Shown: positions 29,987 to 39,570, counted from the first letter of the stretch. The stretch is 64,000 bases of DNA from Promethearchaeota archaeon (GCA_016930515.1 JAFGGO010000129.1:1-64000); one strand, 5' to 3'. Notes: generated by a model not told the origin, from the sequence alone. Made by a program: numbers and translations.

Positions 29987-31366
29987 TTATTTATGAAATT
30001 GATGTCTAATGGAAATTGCGACGATTGAAAGAAGGGTTAGAACGAATATTAACTCAAGGAATGGCCCTAGTTCAAAAAAAATTCTGGATATCGTTTCGTC
30101 TTCTGAGATTTCAAGAAATTGAACCATAATATCGAAAATGTCCGTGTTATCAATCGTTGACATGTTTTTGAATTTATTTAAGTCAATCACATTACTGAAA
30201 TAAGGGACATTTTTACTCGTATGACCATTAGTAGTCCAATTTGTTGTTATATTATTAATCCGTTCCATTCTAATCTGCTTATTCTCGGCGAATGTGTTGT
30301 TTTCAGAAGGAAGGATGTCATTTAACGATTCCTCAAGTATTTCAAGCCCTCCCGTTTCGTGGTCTGCGGTCACGATTAATAAAACATCTTGGCGTGACCC
30401 GAGATACGAAATCACCTGATTTACGGCGTTTATAAATTCTATGGCTTCGAATGCTGCATTAAACTTGTTGTTTTCGTGACAAGCGTGATCAATCCTGCCT
30501 CCTTCGACCATTAAAAAAAATCCAAAAATGTTAGTATCTAATATATCTAACGCTTTCATCGTCATTTCTGATAAGGATGGCGTCATATCGACATCTCTAT
30601 CGATCTCATAGGGTTGGTGACCATCTGAAAATAGCCCAAACAACTTATTCGAGTAAGAATTTAGCATAGAAGATCGATTAATCACAATGTTATAGCCGTT
30701 TATTTCTAATGAATCTAGGTCTGTTTGTCTGAATCGAGTAAAACCACCACCCAAGACCGCATCCACATCGGATTTTTCAACTATTTGTCTTGCTATCTCG
30801 AAATAATTATCTCTCGAAGTAACATGACTCATGAATGCGGCGGGAGTTGCGTGTGTTATTTCCGTTGTGGTGACAACTCCAGTTAATTTATTATTAGCTT
30901 TAGATATTTCTAAGATCGTCTCTAACACAGAATTATAAGGCGAGACCGATATCATTCCGTTATCGGTTTTATAACCCGTAGCCATTGCAGTTGCAGCGGC
31001 GGCAGAATCGGTAATTTCGTTATTTGCGCTAGAAGTTGTTACATTTAAATGATAAGATAGATTTTCAAGCGATAATGAACCTTCTTTTCCAAATTCAATT
31101 AATCGCACTAATTCCATTTGATTAAACCCGAGTCCATCTCCTATCATAAGGATTACGCTTTTTTCGTTAAATTCTTGTGATATTGTAATGGATTGATTAG
31201 ATAAATTATAATTTGGAGATGATGTGGTAAATATGAATACCATTGAATTCAGCAACAATAAGACTATGAATCCCAATGAAAATCTAAATTTCTTTCTCGT
31301 TATTGAAACTCTCACCATTTGAAGAAAATAATAAAAGAAAGTATATTTAATTGTAACTTTAATCAA
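29987..31366 (-). CDS. Membrane-anchored alkaline phosphatase
   Basis: IGDGLG, TDSAAAATA, HATPAAF, EGGRIDHACH, TADHETGG, GHT; TM segments at both ends. Confidence 0.92.
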   Translation of the reverse strand: MIKVTIKYTFFYYFLQMVRVSITRKKFRFSLGFIVLLLLNSMVFIFTTSSPNYNLSNQSITISQEFNEKSVILMIGDGLGFNQMELVRLIEFGKEGSLSLENLSYHLNVTTSSANNEITDSAAAATAMATGYKTDNGMISVSPYNSVLETILEISKANNKLTGVVTTTEITHATPAAFMSHVTSRDNYFEIARQIVEKSDVDAVLGGGFTRFRQTDLDSLEINGYNIVINRSSMLNSYSNKLFGLFSDGHQPYEIDRDVDMTPSLSEMTMKALDILDTNIFGFFLMVEGGRIDHACHENNKFNAAFEAIEFINAVNQVISYLGSRQDVLLIVTADHETGGLEILEESLNDILPSENNTFAENKQIRMERINNITTNWTTNGHTSKNVPYFSNVIDLNKFKNMSTIDNTDIFDIMVQFLEISEDETISRIFFELGPFLELIFVLTLLSIVAISIRHQFHK

Positions 31367-31426
31367 ATAAAACTTAATGAGACCTTGTATCTATCGCAAG
31401 ATAGATTAGAACCTATATAAGTTATG

Positions 31427-31993
31427 CTATTCTATAGATCGCTTGAAACGTTCTTTTATTGCCACAGGAGATAGGGGTATGTTCTTAACAGTAGAATTCC
31501 CAGGTTCAGTTTTTATGAGCACGAATCGGCAATCATCAGAGCCCTGCTCTAATATTGGGACGATTTGTTCTTGAGAACTAATCACGACGCTCGATTTGAA
31601 ACCAGCACCGATTGCTACTTGTTCTAAACGAGTTGCTTGACTCGTGTGAGTTTTTTGTCCTCCAGTCGAACCGTAGACACCATTATCGATAACAATTAAA
31701 GTCATGTTCTTGGGATTGAGATTGGCAATGGTACACAGGCTTCCTAAGTTCATTAAAAGGGCTCCATCTCCTTCGATACACCAAATTTTCTTATCAGGTC
31801 GCGCAAGAGCTAAACCAAGTGCGATGGAGGAGGCGAGTCCCATTGATCCCATCATGTAGAAATTTTCGGGTCTATCCTTAGCGTTAAAAAATTCTTTCGA
31901 AGGAACGCCCAAATTACACACAACGAGCTCATCTTGTAATATTTTTGCTATTTCTTTTATCGCTTCGTATCGTTTCACTTCAATCCCCTCCAT
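31427..31993 (-). CDS. comE: Sulfopyruvate decarboxylase beta subunit
   Basis: NLGVPSKE, NFYMMGSMGLASSI, EGDGALLMN, DNGVYGSTGGQ. Confidence 0.88.
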   Translation of the reverse strand: MEGIEVKRYEAIKEIAKILQDELVVCNLGVPSKEFFNAKDRPENFYMMGSMGLASSIALGLALARPDKKIWCIEGDGALLMNLGSLCTIANLNPKNMTLIVIDNGVYGSTGGQKTHTSQATRLEQVAIGAGFKSSVVISSQEQIVPILEQGSDDCRFVLIKTEPGNSTVKNIPLSPVAIKERFKRSIE

Positions 31994-32484
31994 AAAGTCC
32001 TTTTTAACAAAACTCCGTGTGGTTTGTTGCTTTCTCGACTTTTTTGTACTATTTTTTCTATATTCTTAATTGTGTCAATAGAGTCCACGATTTCAAAGCC
32101 AACATCTACGCAATTTAACAAATCAATCGATACTTGTCCCATAGGCATTTGAGCTGGGATCTTTTCTCCTTCAGTTCCCCTGTGGCTCATGATAAATATG
32201 ACGGGTATCTCATATAATTGAAGCAGAGATTTAATAGCGTTAATTGAATTTCCCAAACCCGAATTTTGCATCAATAAGGCGGGAGTTTTTCCCGCAAGGG
32301 ACGCACCAGCAGCGATTCCTACACCCTCTTCTTCCCTTGTAACAGGGATGTGAGGAATCTCAGCAATTACATTAATTACTTCAATAAGACCCTTTAACAT
32401 GGCACAAGGAACCGAAAGAATGAGATTAATCCCCGAGTTTTTGATGGCCTCGTATAATCTTCGGTCAATGGTTTGAAATGGCAT
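31975..32484 (-). CDS. comD: Sulfopyruvate decarboxylase alpha subunit
   Basis: SVPC, TREEEGVGIAAGA, MQNSGLGNSINA, SHRG..GE.IPAQ.PMG. Confidence 0.88.
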   Translation of the reverse strand: MPFQTIDRRLYEAIKNSGINLILSVPCAMLKGLIEVINVIAEIPHIPVTREEEGVGIAAGASLAGKTPALLMQNSGLGNSINAIKSLLQLYEIPVIFIMSHRGTEGEKIPAQMPMGQVSIDLLNCVDVGFEIVDSIDTIKNIEKIVQKSRESNKPHGVLLKRTLWRGLK

Positions 32485-32510
32485 TTTTAAATAATATCAA
32501 CTCATTTTTT

Positions 32511-33104
32511 CTAGTTTATACGTAAAATAAGCGATTCGCTCCGTGGAAACATTTCAACTTGGCATTTTTTTTGCTTTTGAAGAAGGGTGGTAAAGTACCT
32601 TCCCCAATATTCGCTATAGGCTAAACTATGCATGTCATGATAAAACGATAACTGTAAGGAACCCTTGTTACCTACTTCGATGTCTATCTTATAAAAATAA
32701 TTCGCAGCTAGCCAGACATTTCTAATGGACTCAACAATCTCCATTAGATCCATGTCCTCGATGCTCATTCGCGCATACCATTCTAATATATCTACGGCGA
32801 TATTTTCCTTAAAAGCCTTAGTATGGTCTCCGGAAATATAAGCAAGAAAAGTCGTTTTTCCAACGAGAACCATATTGAGTTCTTCCCTAGCCCGATTCCA
32901 AATAGTATTCATATCTCCTTTTTGAGGAGTGTAATATTCATCAAGTAATTCTAAAGCCTTTTCTATCACTTTAGATTTATTGCCAAATATTTTTTCTCCA
33001 TTCTCGTCTTCAATCGAAGCGTATTTATCAAGGATTTCACTCGATTCTTCTGATATCGTGGTGTGAATAGTTTTTTTTTCTGTACTTTTTGAATTATTGC
33101 TCAT
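32511..33104 (-). CDS. Putative ribbon-helix-helix transcription regulator
   Basis: N-terminal KTIHTTISEESSEILDKY...NKSKVIEKALELL fits the RHH pattern; first gene of the comDE operon. Confidence 0.55.
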   Translation of the reverse strand: MSNNSKSTEKKTIHTTISEESSEILDKYASIEDENGEKIFGNKSKVIEKALELLDEYYTPQKGDMNTIWNRAREELNMVLVGKTTFLAYISGDHTKAFKENIAVDILEWYARMSIEDMDLMEIVESIRNVWLAANYFYKIDIEVGNKGSLQLSFYHDMHSLAYSEYWGRYFTTLLQKQKKCQVEMFPRSESLILRIN

Positions 33105-33129
33105 TTATTCTCCAACAATTTTTTTTTAT

Positions 33130-33311
33130 TGTTCACCATCATTATATATATGGACATGATAATATAAAAAAATGCTCATATTTTTATTATGAAATATTCA
33201 TTTCCACGAAAATTTGTTACTAAGAAATTCCTATAATATAGTGTTCATATGCTCGTTTAGACTGAACATAACATTTATATATAATGTTCACTTAATTATG
33301 ATCAATGGTCA
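33130..33311. promoter_or_regulatory. Three TGTTCA-N15-TGRWCA inverted-repeat sites in the divergent promoter region
   Basis: 33130-33156, 33242-33268 and 33285-33311, each with an exact 15-nt spacer. Confidence 0.55.
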
Positions 33312-33496
33312 TAGATCTGAACACACATTCAAAAATTCAAAATGATCAAAGAGCGAAAATAGGAGGATTAGTCAATCTTCCACAATGTTATTCAAACTAC
33401 AATAAAAGCGATTTGAGTTGTCGTCAATGCGCTTTTCAAGATAGTTGTAAAGGGCTACCTAGCCCAAAGGAGCCTGAATGGTGTAATTCGATTTAA
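33305..33496 (+). CDS. Small Cys-rich peptide 1
   Basis: PQCYSNY...CRQCAFQDSCK...PKEPEWC; paralogue immediately downstream. Confidence 0.75.
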   Translation: MVIDLNTHSKIQNDQRAKIGGLVNLPQCYSNYNKSDLSCRQCAFQDSCKGLPSPKEPEWCNSI

Positions 33497-33641
33497 AACG
33501 ATTGTAATTTTGCATCATTAACCTTTCAGTTCAACCAAAAGATAAAAGACTTTCATTCCAAGAGTTTTAAAAAATTCAACAATTATATAGATTACAACCA
33601 CTTTTATTATGAAATAATATTAATCCCGACTAGAAGTAGAT

Positions 33642-33815
33642 GTGAAAAAAATCGATCAAATGGATAAAATGAAAATAGGGGAAGATATACCCAGAAAAGA
33701 ATACCCCACTTGTTTTGGTAATTATTGCGAGAATCACAAAGCGTGCTCGAAATGTCCTTTTAAGGAAGAATGCAAAGAAATAAGAAATCCTAAAGAACCT
33801 GGTTGGTGTCAATAA
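33642..33815 (+). CDS. Small Cys-rich peptide 2 (57 aa, not in the ORF track)
   Basis: Manual translation (V/M)KKIDQMDKMKIGEDIPRKEYPTCFGNYCENHKACSKCPFKEECKEIRNPKEPGWCQ*. Confidence 0.75.
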   Translation: MKKIDQMDKMKIGEDIPRKEYPTCFGNYCENHKACSKCPFKEECKEIRNPKEPGWCQ

Positions 33816-33850
33816 TCGATTATTTCAATTCTCCATAATAAAAAAATATC

Positions 33851-35038
33851 GTGAGCGTAATGACGACGAGTCAAAGTAAATTTGAAAGTATTGGAGGGGA
33901 AGAATGGGATTTTAGTGACGAGATATATTTAAAGCTAACGGGAAAATCAATATTCTCAAATTATAATCCAAAAATCCCCGTGATGATTAAAGAGATTCCA
34001 GATTTAATTAAGGAGAAAAAAATATTTATGTTACGCTGGGGCATGCCTACATTTAAAGACATCGATTGTAATTATCTTCTTCACGCTTATGACAATGAAG
34101 ATATAGAATATATTGTTACAACATCTTCTGGGAACACAGTGGAAGGAATGGCAAGAGTGTTAAGAAAATACAACGAGGAGAAAAGTGCAGTTCTTAAGGG
34201 GATATTGTTAGTTCCCGCTCTTTCTTCTTTTAAAGTATCTAACAGTGCTTTTCAAAATAATCCTTATGTTAAGTTAGTAGAATTAAAGAATTCTACATTA
34301 GACAGTATTAGAGATTTCGCTTCTAAAATAGTTAAAAAATTAGGTTCTTCTCACAATGTCATTATTGCAGACGCAGATTTAAAGACCGCAGCATACGCAC
34401 AAATGGGATTGTATTTAAATAAACATGACTTATTAGACGACATATGCTTTGTTCAAACGGTTTCAGGGGGTGTAGGCCCCGCTGGTGTGATCGAAGCATC
34501 TCGTAAATTAGATCGCAAGCCTGAAATCTTAGTAGTTCAAACTACAAATGGTCCTTCATCACCAATTATTGACGCATTAGAAGAAGATTTAAAGGGAGGA
34601 GATCCATTCTCACTCCTCGAGAAGGTGAATTACGAAACAGCAAGTTTTGAAACAACTCTTGGGAGTACTAAGCCTATTTACGCCATAAAGAAATACTTAG
34701 AATGGAAATCAGGAGGAGGAAGGGTAATTGGTGTTCGTGTTTCTGAAGAAGAACTATATCAAGATCGTGAAGACATACTTAAATGCTTATTAGGTGTGGG
34801 CGTGTATCCTAACGAGGATATTGCTCTTAGATATTTCAACTTAGAAAGGAGCGGATTTATTGCTTTTGTAGGAGTGCTGAATTCAATAAAAGATATTAGA
34901 TCTAAAAACATAGTGATTAATTATACGGGAAGATATAAGGATCCCGTTGTTATTTTTCCTGAGGTCGCCAAACCACACATATCCTTTGATCCCGAAGAGG
35001 GTATTGATAGCTTTTTAAGACAGCTAAATTGGAATTAA
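33851..35038 (+). CDS. PLP-dependent fold-type II enzyme (threonine synthase / cysteate synthase-like)
   Basis: PTFKD (PLP Lys), TTSSGNT, QTVSGGVG. Confidence 0.7.
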   Translation: MSVMTTSQSKFESIGGEEWDFSDEIYLKLTGKSIFSNYNPKIPVMIKEIPDLIKEKKIFMLRWGMPTFKDIDCNYLLHAYDNEDIEYIVTTSSGNTVEGMARVLRKYNEEKSAVLKGILLVPALSSFKVSNSAFQNNPYVKLVELKNSTLDSIRDFASKIVKKLGSSHNVIIADADLKTAAYAQMGLYLNKHDLLDDICFVQTVSGGVGPAGVIEASRKLDRKPEILVVQTTNGPSSPIIDALEEDLKGGDPFSLLEKVNYETASFETTLGSTKPIYAIKKYLEWKSGGGRVIGVRVSEEELYQDREDILKCLLGVGVYPNEDIALRYFNLERSGFIAFVGVLNSIKDIRSKNIVINYTGRYKDPVVIFPEVAKPHISFDPEEGIDSFLRQLNWN

Positions 35039-35149
35039 ATTGCAATTTATCAAGGATTTTTTATAAATTCTCGGTTTTATTTATTTAGGATTAGAATTTA
35101 TAAATATTAGCGATGTTTTAATTAGCATTTAGCATTCGAGGTAATTTAA

Positions 35150-37198
35150 TTGACCGAGATTTCGAAAATATTTGAAGAAAACCCCGGAAAAGAAATATTA
35201 ATGTCGGGTAACGAAGCGTTTGCGAGAGGAATCTTTGAAGCGGGAGTAAGATTTACAGCTAATTATCCTGGAACGCCCTTAAGCGAGGTGGGAGACATTT
35301 TAAAATATTTATCTGAAACAAATTTGGATTTTACTTTTGATTACGCTTTAAACGAAAAGATTGCCCTTGAATCTTGTATAGGAGTAAGTTGGGCAGGATT
35401 AAGAAGTGTTGCAATGTTTAAACATGTGGGTTTAAATGTAGCGGCAGATCCATTGCACACATTTCCATACTCAGGAACTATAGGTGGAATGCTGATTCTT
35501 TGTGGTGGAGATCCAGGGATTTTATCTTCAACAAACGCACAGGACAATCGATTGTACTCCCTTCATACCAAAATACCCATTATCGAACCTACAACGGTTC
35601 AAGAATGCAAGAATTTCGTAATTGAATCACTTCGATTATCGGAAGACTTTCAAATACCGATTTATATTCATGTTACGACTCGTCTTTGCCATAGTCAGGG
35701 TATTGTAGAATATGGTCCTATCGATAAGCGCGATAAGATTGGTCGATTTGAAAAAAACTCTACTCGCTATGTGAACACTTTATGGAAGGCCCGTGCAAAC
35801 CAACAAAAATACTACAAAAAAATTGGAAAACTCGCAGGCAAAAAAGACCCATGCAAAACCTTCAACTCGATTAAATGGAGTAACAGTAAGGAAAATGTTG
35901 GGATCGTTTCTAGTGGAATCTGTTATAGTTACATTGTTGAGGCGTGTCACGCGCTAGAAATAAAACCTCCCATACTCAAGTTGGGGTTAATATATCCAAT
36001 TAATAGAACAGAACTCACGGAATTTGTTAGTAAGAATCGTTTAGATACTCTTTTAGTCGTGGAAGAATTAGAACCATTCATAGAAATGTCACTGAAGGAA
36101 GTGTTTTGGAAACCATCAAGCGATTTTAAAAACATTAATATACATGGGAAGGATAAATTACCAAGAACGGGGGAATTGAGCACGGAAATCGTCATCAAAT
36201 TTTTAGCAACATATTTTACTCATAAAAACGAAGAAATTTTAAAAGATATCGATAGGAAAGAGAATGTTCTCGAAGAGATTATTCCGTCTCTCCCCATTCG
36301 AGAACCAACATTCTGTCCTGGATGCCAATATCGTCCCGTTTTTTATCAACTTAAAAAGGTAGTAAACGAACTAGCAAAAAAAAAAGGATGGGAATTTATT
36401 TATTCAGGGGATATTGGTTGTTACACTTTATCCGAGGCTTATCCATATGAAATGTTGGATTGGGTCGTATGTATGGGCGCTGGGATAGGGATAGCTCAAG
36501 GAATGGCCCATGTCATCGATCCAGAAAAACAAAAACTCATCGCCTTTATTGGAGATGGAACTTTTTTTCATTCAGGTATCCAATCTTTATTTAACGCCCT
36601 AAAAAACGACCTTGATATGACTATCATGATTTTTAATAACGATTGGACAGCCATGACGGGTCATCAAGAACATCTTGCAACACCCAGGAATTTTATCAAG
36701 CGTTTTGGTACAGAAACGAGTGTTGATAAGAACAGAATCGATTTGATTCATTTTCTCGAGCATTTGGGAATTGAAAATTTGATAATTACTGACGCTTACG
36801 ACCTTCACAAGCTCGAAAGGATCTTCTTAAGTACGCTTCAAAAACATGGACTTAAAGTTATTGTTATTAAAGAGGAATGCGCCTTGGAAAAAAAAAGAAG
36901 ATTGAAATTAGACCATAAAGACTCTGAAAAGCAAGATGTGGAGACCTATTACACGCTTTCGGAATCATGCGTGAAATGCAACGAATGTATTGATGTTTTA
37001 GGGTGTCCTGCAATAAACGCAAGATTAGTAAGAAAAGATATTAACGAAAAGGATTTAAGCAAGTTCGAAACCGAAACCTTATATTATATTGACGAGGCAA
37101 GATGCGTTCCTGAAATATGCCCTGGCGTTTGTAAAATGGCGTGTCCAAATAGTTTAATACGAAAAACCACCATACTTAGAAATCTCAAAAGTCCTTAA
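35150..37198 (+). CDS. iorA: Indolepyruvate:ferredoxin oxidoreductase alpha subunit
   Basis: GNEAFARG, YPGTP, NEKIALE, KHVGLNVAADP, FCPGC, GDIGCY, IGDGTFFHSG, AMTGHQ, C-terminal ferredoxin. Confidence 0.93.
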   Translation: MTEISKIFEENPGKEILMSGNEAFARGIFEAGVRFTANYPGTPLSEVGDILKYLSETNLDFTFDYALNEKIALESCIGVSWAGLRSVAMFKHVGLNVAADPLHTFPYSGTIGGMLILCGGDPGILSSTNAQDNRLYSLHTKIPIIEPTTVQECKNFVIESLRLSEDFQIPIYIHVTTRLCHSQGIVEYGPIDKRDKIGRFEKNSTRYVNTLWKARANQQKYYKKIGKLAGKKDPCKTFNSIKWSNSKENVGIVSSGICYSYIVEACHALEIKPPILKLGLIYPINRTELTEFVSKNRLDTLLVVEELEPFIEMSLKEVFWKPSSDFKNINIHGKDKLPRTGELSTEIVIKFLATYFTHKNEEILKDIDRKENVLEEIIPSLPIREPTFCPGCQYRPVFYQLKKVVNELAKKKGWEFIYSGDIGCYTLSEAYPYEMLDWVVCMGAGIGIAQGMAHVIDPEKQKLIAFIGDGTFFHSGIQSLFNALKNDLDMTIMIFNNDWTAMTGHQEHLATPRNFIKRFGTETSVDKNRIDLIHFLEHLGIENLIITDAYDLHKLERIFLSTLQKHGLKVIVIKEECALEKKRRLKLDHKDSEKQDVETYYTLSESCVKCNECIDVLGCPAINARLVRKDINEKDLSKFETETLYYIDEARCVPEICPGVCKMACPNSLIRKTTILRNLKSP

Positions 37199-37270
37199 GA
37201 AGAAAAGAATGTTCTTTAACCTTTGTTTGTTTGTGATTAAGTTCATTTTTTAATATTTTAAAGAATTATT

Positions 37271-38455
37271 TTATCCGAGCAGCCCCCTCCTGTTAATAAA
37301 ATCTATCATGTATATGAATTCTTCAAAGTCTTGGTAATTTCCTAATTTTTTGGTAAAATCGACGATGCTTTTATCTTGGAAAAAAAATGCGAGAACGAAT
37401 ACCTTATCAATATTAAATTCAGACATGAGTTTGTTTAAAATTCGGTCAATACGATCCAAATACTTGATACGAATTCGCGAATATAATAAATCATCAAGGA
37501 GAAATCGCTTAAGGAGAGGTATTTTTTCCTTCGAAATCTCGTTTTCTTTGAAAAAGTCGCTTAACAGAAGCAAGCGCGGACAAATGGATATTAATTTATC
37601 TTGTAAGAAGGATTTTTTAAGAAATTCTGAAAGAACTGGATTTAACCACAAGATATTTCTCTCGTTCTTTAGGTTCACGCATAAAATATTCGATTGAAAA
37701 ATCCACAAGTGAAAGATTTTATCGGCAATTGAGAAGGAAAGATACGGAGGAATTTCTATATACGCACGCATCGCGTCGTGAATCCTATTATATATAATAT
37801 GCGTGAGTTCGACAGTATTAAACAATGGAGAACATACTAAATCGTAAATCCAATGGTCGGATGTATTAAAAATGATAAGCATTTCATACAATGGATGTGA
37901 TTTAACGACATCTTTATTCTCTTCACTATATTTAAAAAATTTTAGATTTAATTTTTCTTTGCTCTCGAAATTTTCCAATTTCACGGAATTAGACTTGATA
38001 ACATCGCTTACTATTCCATTTTCTTCTACTATAACCGTGTTTATGTGAATTTCGTTTTTATAATAATGGATAACCTTAAAAGAACGCAATTGTTTTCCTA
38101 AAAATTGCTCGTAAGGTTGCATAGCAAGATATGAATTTTCGTCTTCGGTCCTAAATTTAATGATTGCATTGCATATTTGACATTTAAATCGTATTGTATC
38201 GGAACCTTCAGGTACTTCAAAATCTACTTTTTGATAACCTCTTACAATAAGATTGGCGTCTAAAAATATTTGGAATTGATGCTCACAAATAGTATTTTTT
38301 GGAATTGAAATCGTTGTCAGACCAGTTCTTTTTACTATGTTTTTTGGAAGATGTATGATTTTTTTATGTTGACAAGCGGGACATTGAACTTGCACTCCCC
38401 TTTCCTCAGATTCTTTTTCATTAAGCAAGAAGACATTATCACTAATTTCAATCAC
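37271..38455 (-). CDS. Hypothetical protein with two N-terminal zinc-ribbon-like domains
   Basis: CPAC...CEH and CQIC...H..H motifs; 394 aa. Confidence 0.7.
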   Translation of the reverse strand: MIEISDNVFLLNEKESEERGVQVQCPACQHKKIIHLPKNIVKRTGLTTISIPKNTICEHQFQIFLDANLIVRGYQKVDFEVPEGSDTIRFKCQICNAIIKFRTEDENSYLAMQPYEQFLGKQLRSFKVIHYYKNEIHINTVIVEENGIVSDVIKSNSVKLENFESKEKLNLKFFKYSEENKDVVKSHPLYEMLIIFNTSDHWIYDLVCSPLFNTVELTHIIYNRIHDAMRAYIEIPPYLSFSIADKIFHLWIFQSNILCVNLKNERNILWLNPVLSEFLKKSFLQDKLISICPRLLLLSDFFKENEISKEKIPLLKRFLLDDLLYSRIRIKYLDRIDRILNKLMSEFNIDKVFVLAFFFQDKSIVDFTKKLGNYQDFEEFIYMIDFINRRGLLG

Positions 38456-38783
38456 ATCGTCTTAGTATTAGAGTAAAGATCTTAAGGTGATTAGACGAAA
38501 ATCTTTACTGTTGTTTTATCCCCGAAAGCAAGTTAATTTACTCAAGAATCTAGTGGCAATTTACTATATTTAAGCTTTTCCTTATTTTCGCGGGATATGT
38601 AGGAACTGGCAAAAATTCCGCCATATAACTTATTCCGTCCTATAAAAATAGCAGGATTAGGCTAGGAATTGTTTTTAGGCAGCATGACAAGAATAACAGA
38701 GAATTAAAGAGAATTATGACATATTTCAGACATTTTTTTTATAAACAGAAACTTAAATTCAGTGAAGTGATAAGCAATAATAA

Positions 38784-39526
38784 ATAAATTATATTTCACC
38801 TTATCCATTACCAAAGAACATCATAGAAAAAAGTGAGTTTAAAATAGGAGATATTTATAATATATTAATAACGGGCGTAGGAGGTCAAGGAGTGGTACTC
38901 TTAGGTAATATCTTACGGGAGTACGGATTGAGATCTAAAATAATTAAGAATGTGGTTGGAACGGAGACTAGAGGCGTTTCGCAGAGAGATTGTTGCGTGC
39001 TTGACAACATTCCTGCAAGGAAGGCTCGGTCTTATCCACAATTAGATACCTCATTGATGGGCGAGTTTACTCTTTAGAACAACAATACGATGTAGAAGAT
39101 TTAATCTCCCCTACAATTCCAATGAACGACGCTCACCTCGTATTAGGCTTAGAACCCCTTGAGACTTTGAGGAATATAAAATTCATTTCAGAAAAAACCG
39201 TCGTTATATTAAATACACACGAAAACGTACCTCGTAGCGTCATTTTAAAATCAAATCAAGATGTGGAATATCCAAAAATTGCTAAAATCATTGAATACAT
39301 GGATCAATTCGCAAGGCGAGTTGTTTCAATGGATTTTCACGAGTTTTCAAAAGCTAGACTTAACCATTCGGTGTTTCAAAATAGCATGATATTAGGTGTT
39401 GCCACTAAAGAATTCAAGGAAATTTTTAACAAGGAACTTATGATTAATGTTCTTAATTATTTTTTAAAAAATTCAGAAGAAAATGTAAAAGCTTTCGAGA
39501 TAGGATATGATTTAATTAATACATGA
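38784..39526 (+). CDS. iorB: Indolepyruvate:ferredoxin oxidoreductase beta subunit, interrupted by a 32-nt BHB intron (exon 1 to 38986, exon 2 from 39019); start codon uncertain
   Basis: YNILITGVGGQGV...TETRGVSQR | EGSVLSTIR...ISPTIP...LGLEPLE...NSMILG...ENVKAFEIG; both ORF-track fragments join in frame after removing 32 nt. Confidence 0.85.
38987..39018 (+). other. Putative archaeal-type (BHB) intron in protein-coding mRNA
   Basis: UUC-GCAG-AG^A-GAUUGUUG...CAACAUUC-CUGC-AA^G-GAA: 4-bp helix flanked by two 3-nt bulges, with outer and inner stems. Confidence 0.8.
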
Positions 39527-39570
39527 GAAACAAATTACTTTCAAAAAAATACATTATTTATTTGAATTAT

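Noticed and set aside
38892-39526. Treating the 61-aa and 134-aa ORFs as separate genes or a simple frameshift pseudogene
   Set aside because: They are two halves of iorB. The interruption is a discrete 32-nt structured insert whose BHB-predicted excision restores the motif exactly.
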